This document shows positions 19,644-29,486 of a DNA stretch of 64,000 nt, piece by piece. The stretch is from Thermodesulfobacteriota bacterium (lineage in GTDB: Bacteria > Desulfobacterota_D > UBA1144 > Nemesobacterales > Mycalebacteriaceae): positions 800,001-864,000 of the forward strand of contig OZ242184.1 of assembly GCA_965205855.1 (NCBI GenBank), written 5' to 3'. A model generated the notes under the pieces. The model was not told the DNA's origin. It worked only from the letters and a program-made list of their open reading frames with translations, and ran no database searches. Position 1 is the first letter of the stretch; each line of letters opens with the position of its first letter. The position numbers and the translations under genes are program-made.

Positions 19644-22600
19644 TTACACTCTCGACTTTTCAGCAAGAGTCGCGGATTCTGTTTCTTCAACCAAAGGCAT
19701 GGGAACGGTATCGTCTTCCACCTCAACTTTGATATTCTTGTACACATCAAGCCCGGTGCCGGCGGGTATGATTTTCCCAATAATGACATTCTCTTTGAGT
19801 CCCTTGAGTTTGTCTTCTTTGCTTTCGCATGCGGCTTCGGTAAGGATTTTCGTTGTTTCCTGAAATGATGCCGCGGAAAGCCAGCTTTCGGTGCTCAAAG
19901 ACGAGCGGGTTATTCCGAGAAGCAATGGCTCCGCAGTGGCGGGGGTTCCATCTTGTTCCTCAACTTCCGCATTTTCTGTGTGGAAAAGGGTTTTTGTTAC
20001 GGCTTCTCCCGGAAGCATCGTTGTGTCTCCGGGGTCTTTGACTTTGACCCTTTTAAGCATCTGCCTCACAATTACTTCTATGTGCTTGTCGTTTATCCTG
20101 ACGCCTTGAAGCTCATACACTTCTTGTATCTCATTCACAAGAAACTCGCTCAGCGCTTTTTCCCCTTTGATTTTGAGAATGTCATGAGGGTTTTCATCGC
20201 CATCCACAAGTTTTTCTCCGGATATTACAAAGTCTCCCTCTCTGACGAGGATATGCTCTCCTCTTGGAACTATGTATTCCTTTTCTTCTCCAATTGTGGG
20301 ACGGACAATGACCCGTCTTTTGCCCTTCACATCCTCACCGAATGACACAGTACCGTCAATTTCACTGACTATTGCAAGATCTTTGGGAATTCGGGCTTCA
20401 AACAGTTCCGCAACTCTTGGCAATCCGCCGGTTATGTCTTTGGTCTTTGCCGTTTCTTTGGGAATTTTGGCAATAATATCTCCGGGCTCCACGGAGTCTC
20501 CTTCGTTTTTCTCAATAAAAGCACCTGTCGGAAGATCTTCGGATTGAAGCGGTTTTTGTTCGGTCTGCTTCTTTGAAATTCCCTCAACGACTATTGCCGG
20601 TTTCAGTTTTGTGTTTTTGGAGTCGGTTACAACTTTCTCAAGCATTCCAGTAACCTCGTCCGCTTGCTCCTTGAAACTTAGCCCGGCTTCAAGATCTCTC
20701 CATTTTACGGTTCCGGTAACCTCCGCAATAATAGGGGTTGTGTAGGGGTCCCATTCCGCAAGAAGGGTTTTCTCCTTAACTCTATCCCCATCTTTAACTT
20801 TCAGTCGGGCACCCAACTCAAGTTTGTGTTTTTCCCTCTCGTATCCCTTTTCATCAACAATCGCAACGCGCCCATTTCTGTTTGTAACAATAAGCACCCC
20901 GCCGCCTGTTTTCACGGTTTCCAGATTGGACATTTTTATTATTCCGGCATAGTTGTTTTCAAGGGTGTTTTCGGTTGCACTCTGACTCGCCGCGCCTCCT
21001 ATGTGGAAGGTCCTCATGGTAAGCTGAGTTCCGGGTTCTCCGATTGATTGCGCTGCCGTTATTCCGACAGCTTCGCCTATATCCACAATTTTGCCGGTGG
21101 AAAGATTTCTTCCGTAGCAAAGTCTGCATATTCCTTCTTCGGTGTCACAAGTCAGGACGGAGCGGATTTTAACTTCACTTATGGAACTTTCATTAATTTT
21201 TTCAGCGGCTTCATTGTCTATTTCTTGTCCCGCTTTGACAATGAGTTCACCCGTGTCTGGATCCTTCAGACTGTCAAGCACAACTCTCCCAAGAACCCTG
21301 TCGCCGACATACTTCCTTATCTTGCCCCCTTCCACCTTATTTGTGTAAAGCAAGCCCTCAATGGTTCCGCAGTTTTCATCTCTGACTATTATGTCATGAG
21401 CCACATCTATCAGTTTTCTTGTAAGATGGCCTGCATTGGCTGTTTTAAGAGCAGTATCGGCAAGACCCTTTCTTGCTCCGTGAGTTGAGATAAAATAGTC
21501 CATCACTTTCATTCCTTCCCTGAAGTTTGATGTAATGGGTTTTTCAATAATAGTGCCGTCCGGTTTTGCCATAAGCCCCCTCATTCCCGCAAGCTGTCTT
21601 ACCTGCGTTTTGCTACCTCGGGCGCCGGAATCAATCATCATATAGATGGGGTTGGAGCTGGTTCCTTGTTTTTGGTTTCCTTTTTCATTTTTAACTGTTT
21701 CAAATTTTATGTTTTCCATCATCTCATCGGCAACTTCATCGCTTGTTTTAGACCAGATGTCCACAATTTTATTGTAGCGCTCGCCGTCTGTTATAAGACC
21801 CTGAGAAAACTGTTCCTGAACTTTCATCTCTTCCGCACGGGCAGCTGCCACAAGCCCTTCCTTGTTGTCGGGAATCTCCATGTCGTTAATTGAAATTGAA
21901 ATTCCGGATTTTGTCGCGTAATAAAACCCGAGAGTTCTTATACGGTCTGCCATAACAACGGTTTGTTTACTACCGTTTTCTCTAAAGCATTTATCCACAA
22001 GAGTCTCGAACTCGCTTTTGCTCATGGGTTTGTTAACAAACTCAAACGGGATGTTTTGAGGGATTGCCTCGTTGTAGAAAATCACCCTTCCAACGGTTGT
22101 TTCAACAACCTCTTCGTTGATTTTTATCTTTACCTGAGAGTGAATCCCGACATAGTCGGAACTGTAAGCCATAATCACTTCCTCCGGAGAGGAAAAATAT
22201 TTGAACTCTTTGCTGTAAGCGGAATCTTTTGTCATATAGTAGATCCCAAGCACAATATCCTGAGTGGGAAGAATAACCGGCTTGCCGTGCGCGGGAGAAA
22301 GTATGTTGTTGGTTGACATAATCAACGCACGGCATTCCGCCTGAGCTTCAATTGAAAGTGGGACATGCACCGCCATCTGGTCACCGTCAAAATCTGCGTT
22401 ATACGCTGGACAAACAAGCGGATGAACTCTGATTGACCTGTCTTCCACAAGCACGGGCTCAAACGCCTGTATACTTAATTTATGGAGAGTGGGAGCGCGG
22501 TTGAGCATAACCATATGCTCCTTGATAACATCGTCAAGAGCGTCCCATACCACGGGGTTTTCAGTTTCAACAAATCTTTTTGCTATTTTAATCGTTGGAG

Positions 22601-24554
22601 CGATGGGACTTCCGTCCTTGTTTTTCCACTCCTGGAGTTTCTGGTAAATAAACGGCTTGAAAAGTTCAAGAGCCATCTGTTTTGGAAGCCCGCACTGGTG
22701 TAGTTTCAGGTCTGGTCCAACCGTGATCACTGAACGTCCCGAATAGTCAACCCTTTTTCCGAGAAGATTCTGGCGGAATCTTCCGCTTTTGCCCTTGATA
22801 ATATCGGTAAGGCTTTTGAGTGGGCGGTGATTATGTCCGACAACGGGTCTTCCTCTTCTCCCGTTCTCAAACAGAGCATCAACGGATTCCTGAAGCATTC
22901 TTTTTTCATTTCTGACAATAATATCGGGCGCATCAAGTTCCAGTAGTCTTTTCAGTCGGTTGTTTCTGTTTATTACCCTTCTGTAAAGCACATTCAAATC
23001 GGAAGTGGCAAAACGTCCGTCGTGAGGAACAAGTGGCCGCAAGTCCGGTGGCAAAACAGGAATTGTAGTAAGAACCATCCATTCGGGACGGTTGGTTGAT
23101 TTGCGGAAGGTCTCACATATCTTGCGTCGTTTTGCTATTTTCGCTTTCTTTAAAAGAGAACTTGACTCCTGCATTTCAATTTTCAATTCTTCGGATAGCG
23201 TTTTCAAGTCAATGCTTTTCAACATTTGATAGACGGCTTCGGCTCCCATTCCATAGCTGTAATCAGTCTCAAAGTTCTCATCCGCTTCAGCAAGAATCTG
23301 AATTTCTTCTTCTTTGAAAACCGCGCTTTTTATAAGCTTGTTAAAATTGTCACGGGATTTTTTTAACTCTGTTTGCGCGTCCGTCAGCTGTTCATGTTCC
23401 TTTTTGAGATGCGGAGGTACGTCCGCATCTCCTTTCTGTTCCAATGTTTTGAGGTTTTTCTCCGCTTTTTTGTAGGCATTTCGCATGGCGGCGTGGTCTT
23501 TGCCCTTACTACCTTTCAGAAGGTTGTCACGGGCTTCCTGGATTGCCTCTTCGGAAGATTCACCGGCATCCGCGGTATTTTCAAGCAAATTTTTGAAAGC
23601 GGTCTGTATCTTCTTGTTGCTTGAAGGAACATCTTCCAATCCAAGGGTTTTGTAATTTTCCGCGAATTTTTCCTCAAATTCTCTTTTGACGGACTTAAAT
23701 GCGTCCTGAGCTTCTTTTATTTTTCCACCGGATTCCATTCCGGTTGACTCGGACACTTTTGCATCATAAGCGGCACGCTCTTTTTCAAAACTTGCCTTGG
23801 CATTCAAAAACGAGGATAGGATCATCTTCGCTTCATTGAGGGAAACGCCATTTTTACCCGTCATTAAAGTCTGCAATGAAAACTTTGTGGCAATTTCCCC
23901 GGGCACTAGATATTTATACCAATAGTTTTTTACCAGAGACGCTTCTTCCTCATCCATCAGCAGTGAAGCCAGACGCTCGGCATCTTCTTCTGTGTTTAAC
24001 TCGGTTAAGAACTCTTCAGGACAAGGCTTAAGAGACGAAATCACATATTCGGCCTCTCTTAGTTTTGACAACTCTTCCTCTGTTAAAGTCTGCCCCATTG
24101 TAAGGGAAGAAGTTCCCGGGTTGTTTACAACATGGGATTCATAATAGAGAACTCTATCAAGGTCCCTGAGACTCATGTCAAGAATCATTCCTATACGACT
24201 GGGAGTGCTACGGAGAAACCATATATGGACGACGGGAGAGGCAAGCTCTATGTGCCCCATTCTTTCACGCCTCAACTTGGAAGTTGTAACCTCCACGCCA
24301 CATTTTTCACAAACAATCCCTCTGTGTTTCAGTCTTTTGTATTTACCGCAGGCGCATTCAAAATCTTTGACGGGGCCAAAAATTTTGGGACAGAAAAGAC
24401 CGTTTTTCTCTGGCTTGAAAGTTCGATAGTTTATGGTCTCGGGTTTCTTAACTTCTCCGTGAGACCATGAGACCATATCTTCGGGAGATGCTATCGATAT
24501 TTGAACTCCCGAGTAAGAGTCCGGTTTGTTTGTTGTAATGTCTTCAAAATCCAC
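19644..24554 (-). CDS. rpoC: RNA polymerase beta' subunit, with large lineage-specific insertion
   Basis: Zn ribbon, [22 protein letters not shown], SI3 region; GTG start with AGGAGG. Confidence 0.98.
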   Translation of the reverse strand: [1636 protein letters not shown]

Positions 24555-24573
24555 TTTGGTTGGCCTCCTGTGC

Positions 24574-27500
24574 CTATGTTTTCACCGCACGCAAATCTAA
24601 TTCTTCATCGTTGCTGGAAAGCAAGTCTATTTTCAGTCCGAGTGACTGCAACTCCTTTCTGAGAACATTGAAGGATTCTGGGATTCCCGGGTCAAGAGAC
24701 ATTCTGCCTTCAACTATTGAAGTGAACATTCTTGTCCTGCCCGCCACATCATCCGATTTAACAGTCAAAAATTCCTGAAGCGTGTGTGCGGCGCCGTAAG
24801 CTTCAAGCGCCCAGACTTCCATCTCCCCGAGTCTTTGCCCGCCGTAGTGCGCCTTCCCTCCCAACGGTTGCTGGGTAACAAGCGAGTAAGGGCCTATTGA
24901 GCGCGCGTGTATTTTTTCTTCAACCAAATGGTGGAGTTTCAGCATATACATAATGCCCACCGTTACTTTCTGGTCAAAAGGCTCACCGGTACGTCCGTCA
25001 TACAGAATCATTTTGCCGTCATCGGACAAGCCAGCAATTTTCATAAAACCTTTTATCTCTTTTTCGGTTGCCCCGTCAAAAATGGGAGAAGCGACAGGAA
25101 CCCCGTCTTTGAGGGATTTAACAAAATCACGTGTCTCTTCATCGGTCATCTTGTCTATAAAAGAAACATTCCCGGAATTTCCATAAACCTCTTTCAGTTT
25201 ATTTTTTATCGCATCAGTGCCATAGTTTGTTTCTATGTATTCGTTGAGTTGTTTTCCGATTTCCTTACTTGCCCCGCCCAAATGGGTTTCCAAAATCTGC
25301 CCGACATTCATTCGAGAAGGCACACCGAGAGGATTCAGCACCATATCAACCGGCGTGCCATCTTCCATATAAGGCATGTCCTCTTGGGGAAGAATTCTTG
25401 ATATAACACCTTTGTTTCCATGGCGTCCAGCCATTTTATCGCCTACCTGCAGATTCATTTTAACCGCGACATAGACCTTGACGGTTTTCAAAACGCCCGG
25501 AGAAAGATCATCTTTTTGCTCAAGCTTCTTTTTTTTGTCTTCATATCTGAGTTGAAGGGCGTTTATCTCTCCAATGATTGAATCCACAACAGTCTTGATG
25601 CGCTCGGTTAATTTTTTCGACTCAATCTTTATATTTTTTATCTCCTCAAGAGAAAGTGATTTTAGAATTTCAGAGGTAAAAGAGTCGCCCTTTGAAACAA
25701 GTTTGTTATTTTTTACGGTAACACTCGCAGCCGCTTTTACGCCTTTAAGCAAAGACTCAACCGTCTCACGCGCGCTCTGTTGAAGAATGTTTTTCTCATA
25801 ATCCATTTCCTGTTTGATTTTTTCAACTTCTTGGATTTCAATCTCTTTAGCTCTGGAGTCCTTGTCGGCGACGGCGCGCGAAGTCAGAACCTTCACATCT
25901 ATGACAGTGCCGATAATTGTTGAACGGCTTTTGAGAGAAGTGTCTTTTACGTCTCTGGCTTTGTCTCCAAAGATTGCGCGAAGAAGTTTTTCCTCCTGAG
26001 ACAACTGCATTTCGCCCTTGGGAGATATCTTGCCCACAAGTATGTCTCCCATGTGGACTGTGGCGCCAACCCGGATTATCCCGCTCTCATCAAGATTTTT
26101 GAGAGCCTCATCGCTTATATTTGGAATATCACGCGTTATTTCCTCACGACCGAGTTTTGTCTCCCTCGCCTGACATTCAAACTCCTCAACATGAACCGAT
26201 GTAAAAATATTATCTTTTACAATTCTTTCGCTTATAAGTATCGCATCCTCGAAGTTGTATCCACCCCAAGGCATAAAAGCCACCATGGTATTTTGACCCA
26301 GCGCAAGCTCACCGTTTTTAGTGGAAGGCCCGTCCGCGATAACTTGTCCTTTTTTAATTTTCTGTCCTCTTAAAACAATAGGAGTCTGATTCCAGCAAGT
26401 GCCCTGATTGGACTTCCGGAATTTGATCATCTTGTATATTTCTACTCCCGAACCCGATGAAGGTATGGATCTCTGCGATGCTTTGCTGTTTTTAACCACT
26501 ATAATTTTTGAATCGGAGTGAATCACTTCGCCGTCCGCTCTCGCTATAACGGCAACACCCGAATCTCTGGAAACTGATGCTTCAAGTCCCGTCCCGACAA
26601 GCGGAGCGACCGCCCTTATAAGCGGAGCCGCTTGACGTTGCATATTTGAACCCATAAGAGCCCTGTTCGCGTCATCATGTTCAAGAAAAGGTATCAGAGA
26701 AGCCGAGATTGAAACCAGCTGAGAAGGTGAAACATCCATATGGGTAACCTTGTCTTTTTCCACCATTTTTATCTCACCCTCGGAACGAGACGAAACAAAA
26801 TCCAGTTGAAACCGTCCATCACCATCAAGGGGAGCGTTTGCCTGAGCAATAACTATATTTTTTTCCTCTTCTTCAAGGGCACTCATTTTAACTATTTCAT
26901 CTGTTACTTTGCCGTTGCGGACAATTCTGTAAGGAGCCCTGATGAAACCGTAGACATCAATCTCCGCATATGTGCTCATGCTTGATATAAGACCGATATT
27001 GGGGCCTTCGGGCGTTTCAACGGGGCATATCCGTCCGTAGTGGGAAGAATGGACATCGCGGACGGCAAAACCCGCTCTTTCTCTAGTAAGTCCCTTGGGA
27101 CCCAGAGCGCTGAGCCGCCTTTTGTGAGTTATTTCCGAGAGAGGATTTGTCTGGTCCATAAATTGCGAAAGCTGGCCTGTTTTGAAAAAGTCTTTGACTA
27201 TGGTGTCTACTACTTTGGGCACAACTATTTCTCTCGGCATCTTGTTCTCAATACTCTGATAACCTATTCTTTCCTTTACAGATCTGGCGAATCTCTCGAG
27301 ACCACTGTAAAAAGTGGCTTCTATCAACTCTCCGACAGTTTTAACTCTGCGGTTTCCCAGATGGTCTATGTCGTCTCCAGATCTGCGTCCGCCCTTAAGC
27401 TCAAGCAGATATTGCAATGTTTTTACTATGTCTTCTCTTGTTAATGTAAGGATTGCCTCATCTACATTGTGTTTAAGCCTGTAGTTGAGTTTTTTCCTTC

Positions 27501-29016
27501 CGACTTTTGACAGCCTGTATTTGGAAGGATTGAAAAACATGTCCGAAAAAAAAGTTCTCGCGGACTCTTTGCTCGGCGGATCGGTCGGCCGGAATTTTCT
27601 GTATATCTCCGCTATTGCCCCATCGCAGAAAACCTCGATTTCTGCGCCGATTTTACGAAAGCCGTTTCTAATATCATCTGCGGCTTCGGATGTCAGGTTT
27701 TCAAAGCATATTTTCTCTTCGGCCTTTGTTTTTCCCTTTGTTACGGAAGGGTAAGTTTTTGACATGGTTTTCAGGATTTTAAAAAACGCGGATTTATCAG
27801 CCTTGCCCTGCTGAACATTTACGGCGAAGGTATGGTTGATTGAATCACCATAAATCCTTTTTTCTTCAAGCAGGGTATCCGCCACCGCAGAAGGAATTGA
27901 AATATCGTCAATATAGTAAAAGGAAAATTTATCCACTGAATTTTGCCTGATGGCATTGATGGTCTCAGACGTTATCTTCTCTCCAAAGCGCGCAATTATC
28001 TCACCGCTTTTTTTGTTGACAATATTTTCGGCGCATATCTTTTCATAGAGTTCAGATTCGTTTTCAAGTAGCACCGTGTCTATTTTTAAGTTTCTCAGTC
28101 TCTCAAGAATACTCGGCGTAAACTTTCTTCTCTTTTTTAGAACAACCTCATTTCCTCTCTTTATATCAAAGGAGCTTTTCTGATAAAGAATCGTCTCAGG
28201 ATTTATCTCTTTTGACAGCCCGCCGTTTTTTTCAAACCTGACCGTTTCAATACTGTAGAAATGATCCAGTATCTCCCTCTCGGTATATCCTAGGGCTTTA
28301 AGAAAAAGAGAGATATGGAATTTTTTTCTACGATCAATCCGCACATTGAGAAAGTTTTTTGAATCAAAATCAAAATCAAGCCATTTGCCATCTTGAGGAA
28401 TAACCCTTGCAACAGAGGACGATTTGACGGAGGACTGAGGCTGGTCGCCAAGTTTTGGACTATCAAACAATACACCGGGGGAACGATGTATCTGATTTAC
28501 AATTACCCTTTCGGCGCCGCTTATTATGAAGGAGCCATTTTCGGTCATCTTGGGAATTTCACCGAAATAGACATCCTGTTCAATTACATCCCGGATATTC
28601 TCTCCATCTTCTTCCCGCACTATCAGACGCAACGTAACATAGAGCGAAACCGTATAGTCGTAGCCCTTAAGTCTGCATTCAGTCTCGTCAAGCCTGGGTT
28701 GTAAATCATAAATTTCGTGTCCGTTTTTGTCTTTGACGGCATTTCCATCTTCATCAACAACTCTTTGTCCTAGACTGTAGTGCACAAAATCAAGCGATGT
28801 TTTTTCACCATAATTCTCTATGGGAAAGATTGCCTTAAACACAGATTGCAATCCGTAATCTCCCCTTTGGGAACGTTTTTCAGACTCCACTTTTTCCTGA
28901 AGAAATCTCTTATAGGACTCAGTTTGGACATTCAAAAGATTCGGAATATCCAGAATTGCCGGTATTTTTGAAAAAGTCTTTCTCAATTTAGAACTATGCG
29001 TTGTTTGCAAACTCAA
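24574..29016 (-). CDS. rpoB: RNA polymerase beta subunit, with L7/L12-CTD-like insertion
   Basis: SQFMDQTNPLSEITHKRR, GDKMAGRHGNKG, GQRLGEMEVWAL motifs; likely TTG start at 29016 after GGAGG. Confidence 0.98.
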   Translation of the reverse strand: MSLQTTHSSKLRKTFSKIPAILDIPNLLNVQTESYKRFLQEKVESEKRSQRGDYGLQSVFKAIFPIENYGEKTSLDFVHYSLGQRVVDEDGNAVKDKNGHEIYDLQPRLDETECRLKGYDYTVSLYVTLRLIVREEDGENIRDVIEQDVYFGEIPKMTENGSFIISGAERVIVNQIHRSPGVLFDSPKLGDQPQSSVKSSSVARVIPQDGKWLDFDFDSKNFLNVRIDRRKKFHISLFLKALGYTEREILDHFYSIETVRFEKNGGLSKEINPETILYQKSSFDIKRGNEVVLKKRRKFTPSILERLRNLKIDTVLLENESELYEKICAENIVNKKSGEIIARFGEKITSETINAIRQNSVDKFSFYYIDDISIPSAVADTLLEEKRIYGDSINHTFAVNVQQGKADKSAFFKILKTMSKTYPSVTKGKTKAEEKICFENLTSEAADDIRNGFRKIGAEIEVFCDGAIAEIYRKFRPTDPPSKESARTFFSDMFFNPSKYRLSKVGRKKLNYRLKHNVDEAILTLTREDIVKTLQYLLELKGGRRSGDDIDHLGNRRVKTVGELIEATFYSGLERFARSVKERIGYQSIENKMPREIVVPKVVDTIVKDFFKTGQLSQFMDQTNPLSEITHKRRLSALGPKGLTRERAGFAVRDVHSSHYGRICPVETPEGPNIGLISSMSTYAEIDVYGFIRAPYRIVRNGKVTDEIVKMSALEEEEKNIVIAQANAPLDGDGRFQLDFVSSRSEGEIKMVEKDKVTHMDVSPSQLVSISASLIPFLEHDDANRALMGSNMQRQAAPLIRAVAPLVGTGLEASVSRDSGVAVIARADGEVIHSDSKIIVVKNSKASQRSIPSSGSGVEIYKMIKFRKSNQGTCWNQTPIVLRGQKIKKGQVIADGPSTKNGELALGQNTMVAFMPWGGYNFEDAILISERIVKDNIFTSVHVEEFECQARETKLGREEITRDIPNISDEALKNLDESGIIRVGATVHMGDILVGKISPKGEMQLSQEEKLLRAIFGDKARDVKDTSLKSRSTIIGTVIDVKVLTSRAVADKDSRAKEIEIQEVEKIKQEMDYEKNILQQSARETVESLLKGVKAAASVTVKNNKLVSKGDSFTSEILKSLSLEEIKNIKIESKKLTERIKTVVDSIIGEINALQLRYEDKKKKLEQKDDLSPGVLKTVKVYVAVKMNLQVGDKMAGRHGNKGVISRILPQEDMPYMEDGTPVDMVLNPLGVPSRMNVGQILETHLGGASKEIGKQLNEYIETNYGTDAIKNKLKEVYGNSGNVSFIDKMTDEETRDFVKSLKDGVPVASPIFDGATEKEIKGFMKIAGLSDDGKMILYDGRTGEPFDQKVTVGIMYMLKLHHLVEEKIHARSIGPYSLVTQQPLGGKAHYGGQRLGEMEVWALEAYGAAHTLQEFLTVKSDDVAGRTRMFTSIVEGRMSLDPGIPESFNVLRKELQSLGLKIDLLSSNDEELDLRAVKT

Positions 29017-29093
29017 TATATCAACCCCTCCGAAGCCCGAAACGGGCAAACGAGATACAATAAAAACAAAGCGACCGGAGCAAAGAGCAACTC

Positions 29094-29486
29094 TTAACTC
29101 AGTTCCACAGTGGCGCCGGCTTCTTCAAATTTCTTTTTTAACTCTTCCGCCTCTTCTTTTTTTAGCCCATTTTTAATAAGTTTCGGGGCACTTTCAACGA
29201 GCTCTTTTGATTCCTTAAGGCCAAGAGAAGACACTTCTCTGACAACCTTAATAACCTGAATTTTGTTTGACCCGATATCTTTAAGAGTAAGGTCAAACTC
29301 CGTTTTCTCACCCCCCTCTGCGGCTTCTTCACCTTGCGCGCCGGCGGCTGGTGCCGCGGCAACCGCAAACTGAGGAGCGGCCTTGATATCAAACTTTTCC
29401 TCTATCTCTTTAATGAGATCTGATATCTCCATCATGCTTGCTTTCTCAAGGTAGTTGATTACCTCTTCTTTTGTTAAATCAGCCAT
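29094..29486 (-). CDS. rplL: 50S ribosomal protein L7/L12
   Basis: [34 protein letters not shown]; start MADLTKEE. Confidence 0.97.
   Translation of the reverse strand: MADLTKEEVINYLEKASMMEISDLIKEIEEKFDIKAAPQFAVAAAPAAGAQGEEAAEGGEKTEFDLTLKDIGSNKIQVIKVVREVSSLGLKESKELVESAPKLIKNGLKKEEAEELKKKFEEAGATVELS

Noticed and set aside
23270-24050. Intein as the explanation for the rpoC or rpoB insertions
   Set aside because: No Cys/Ser...His-Asn splice junctions and no LAGLIDADG motifs.
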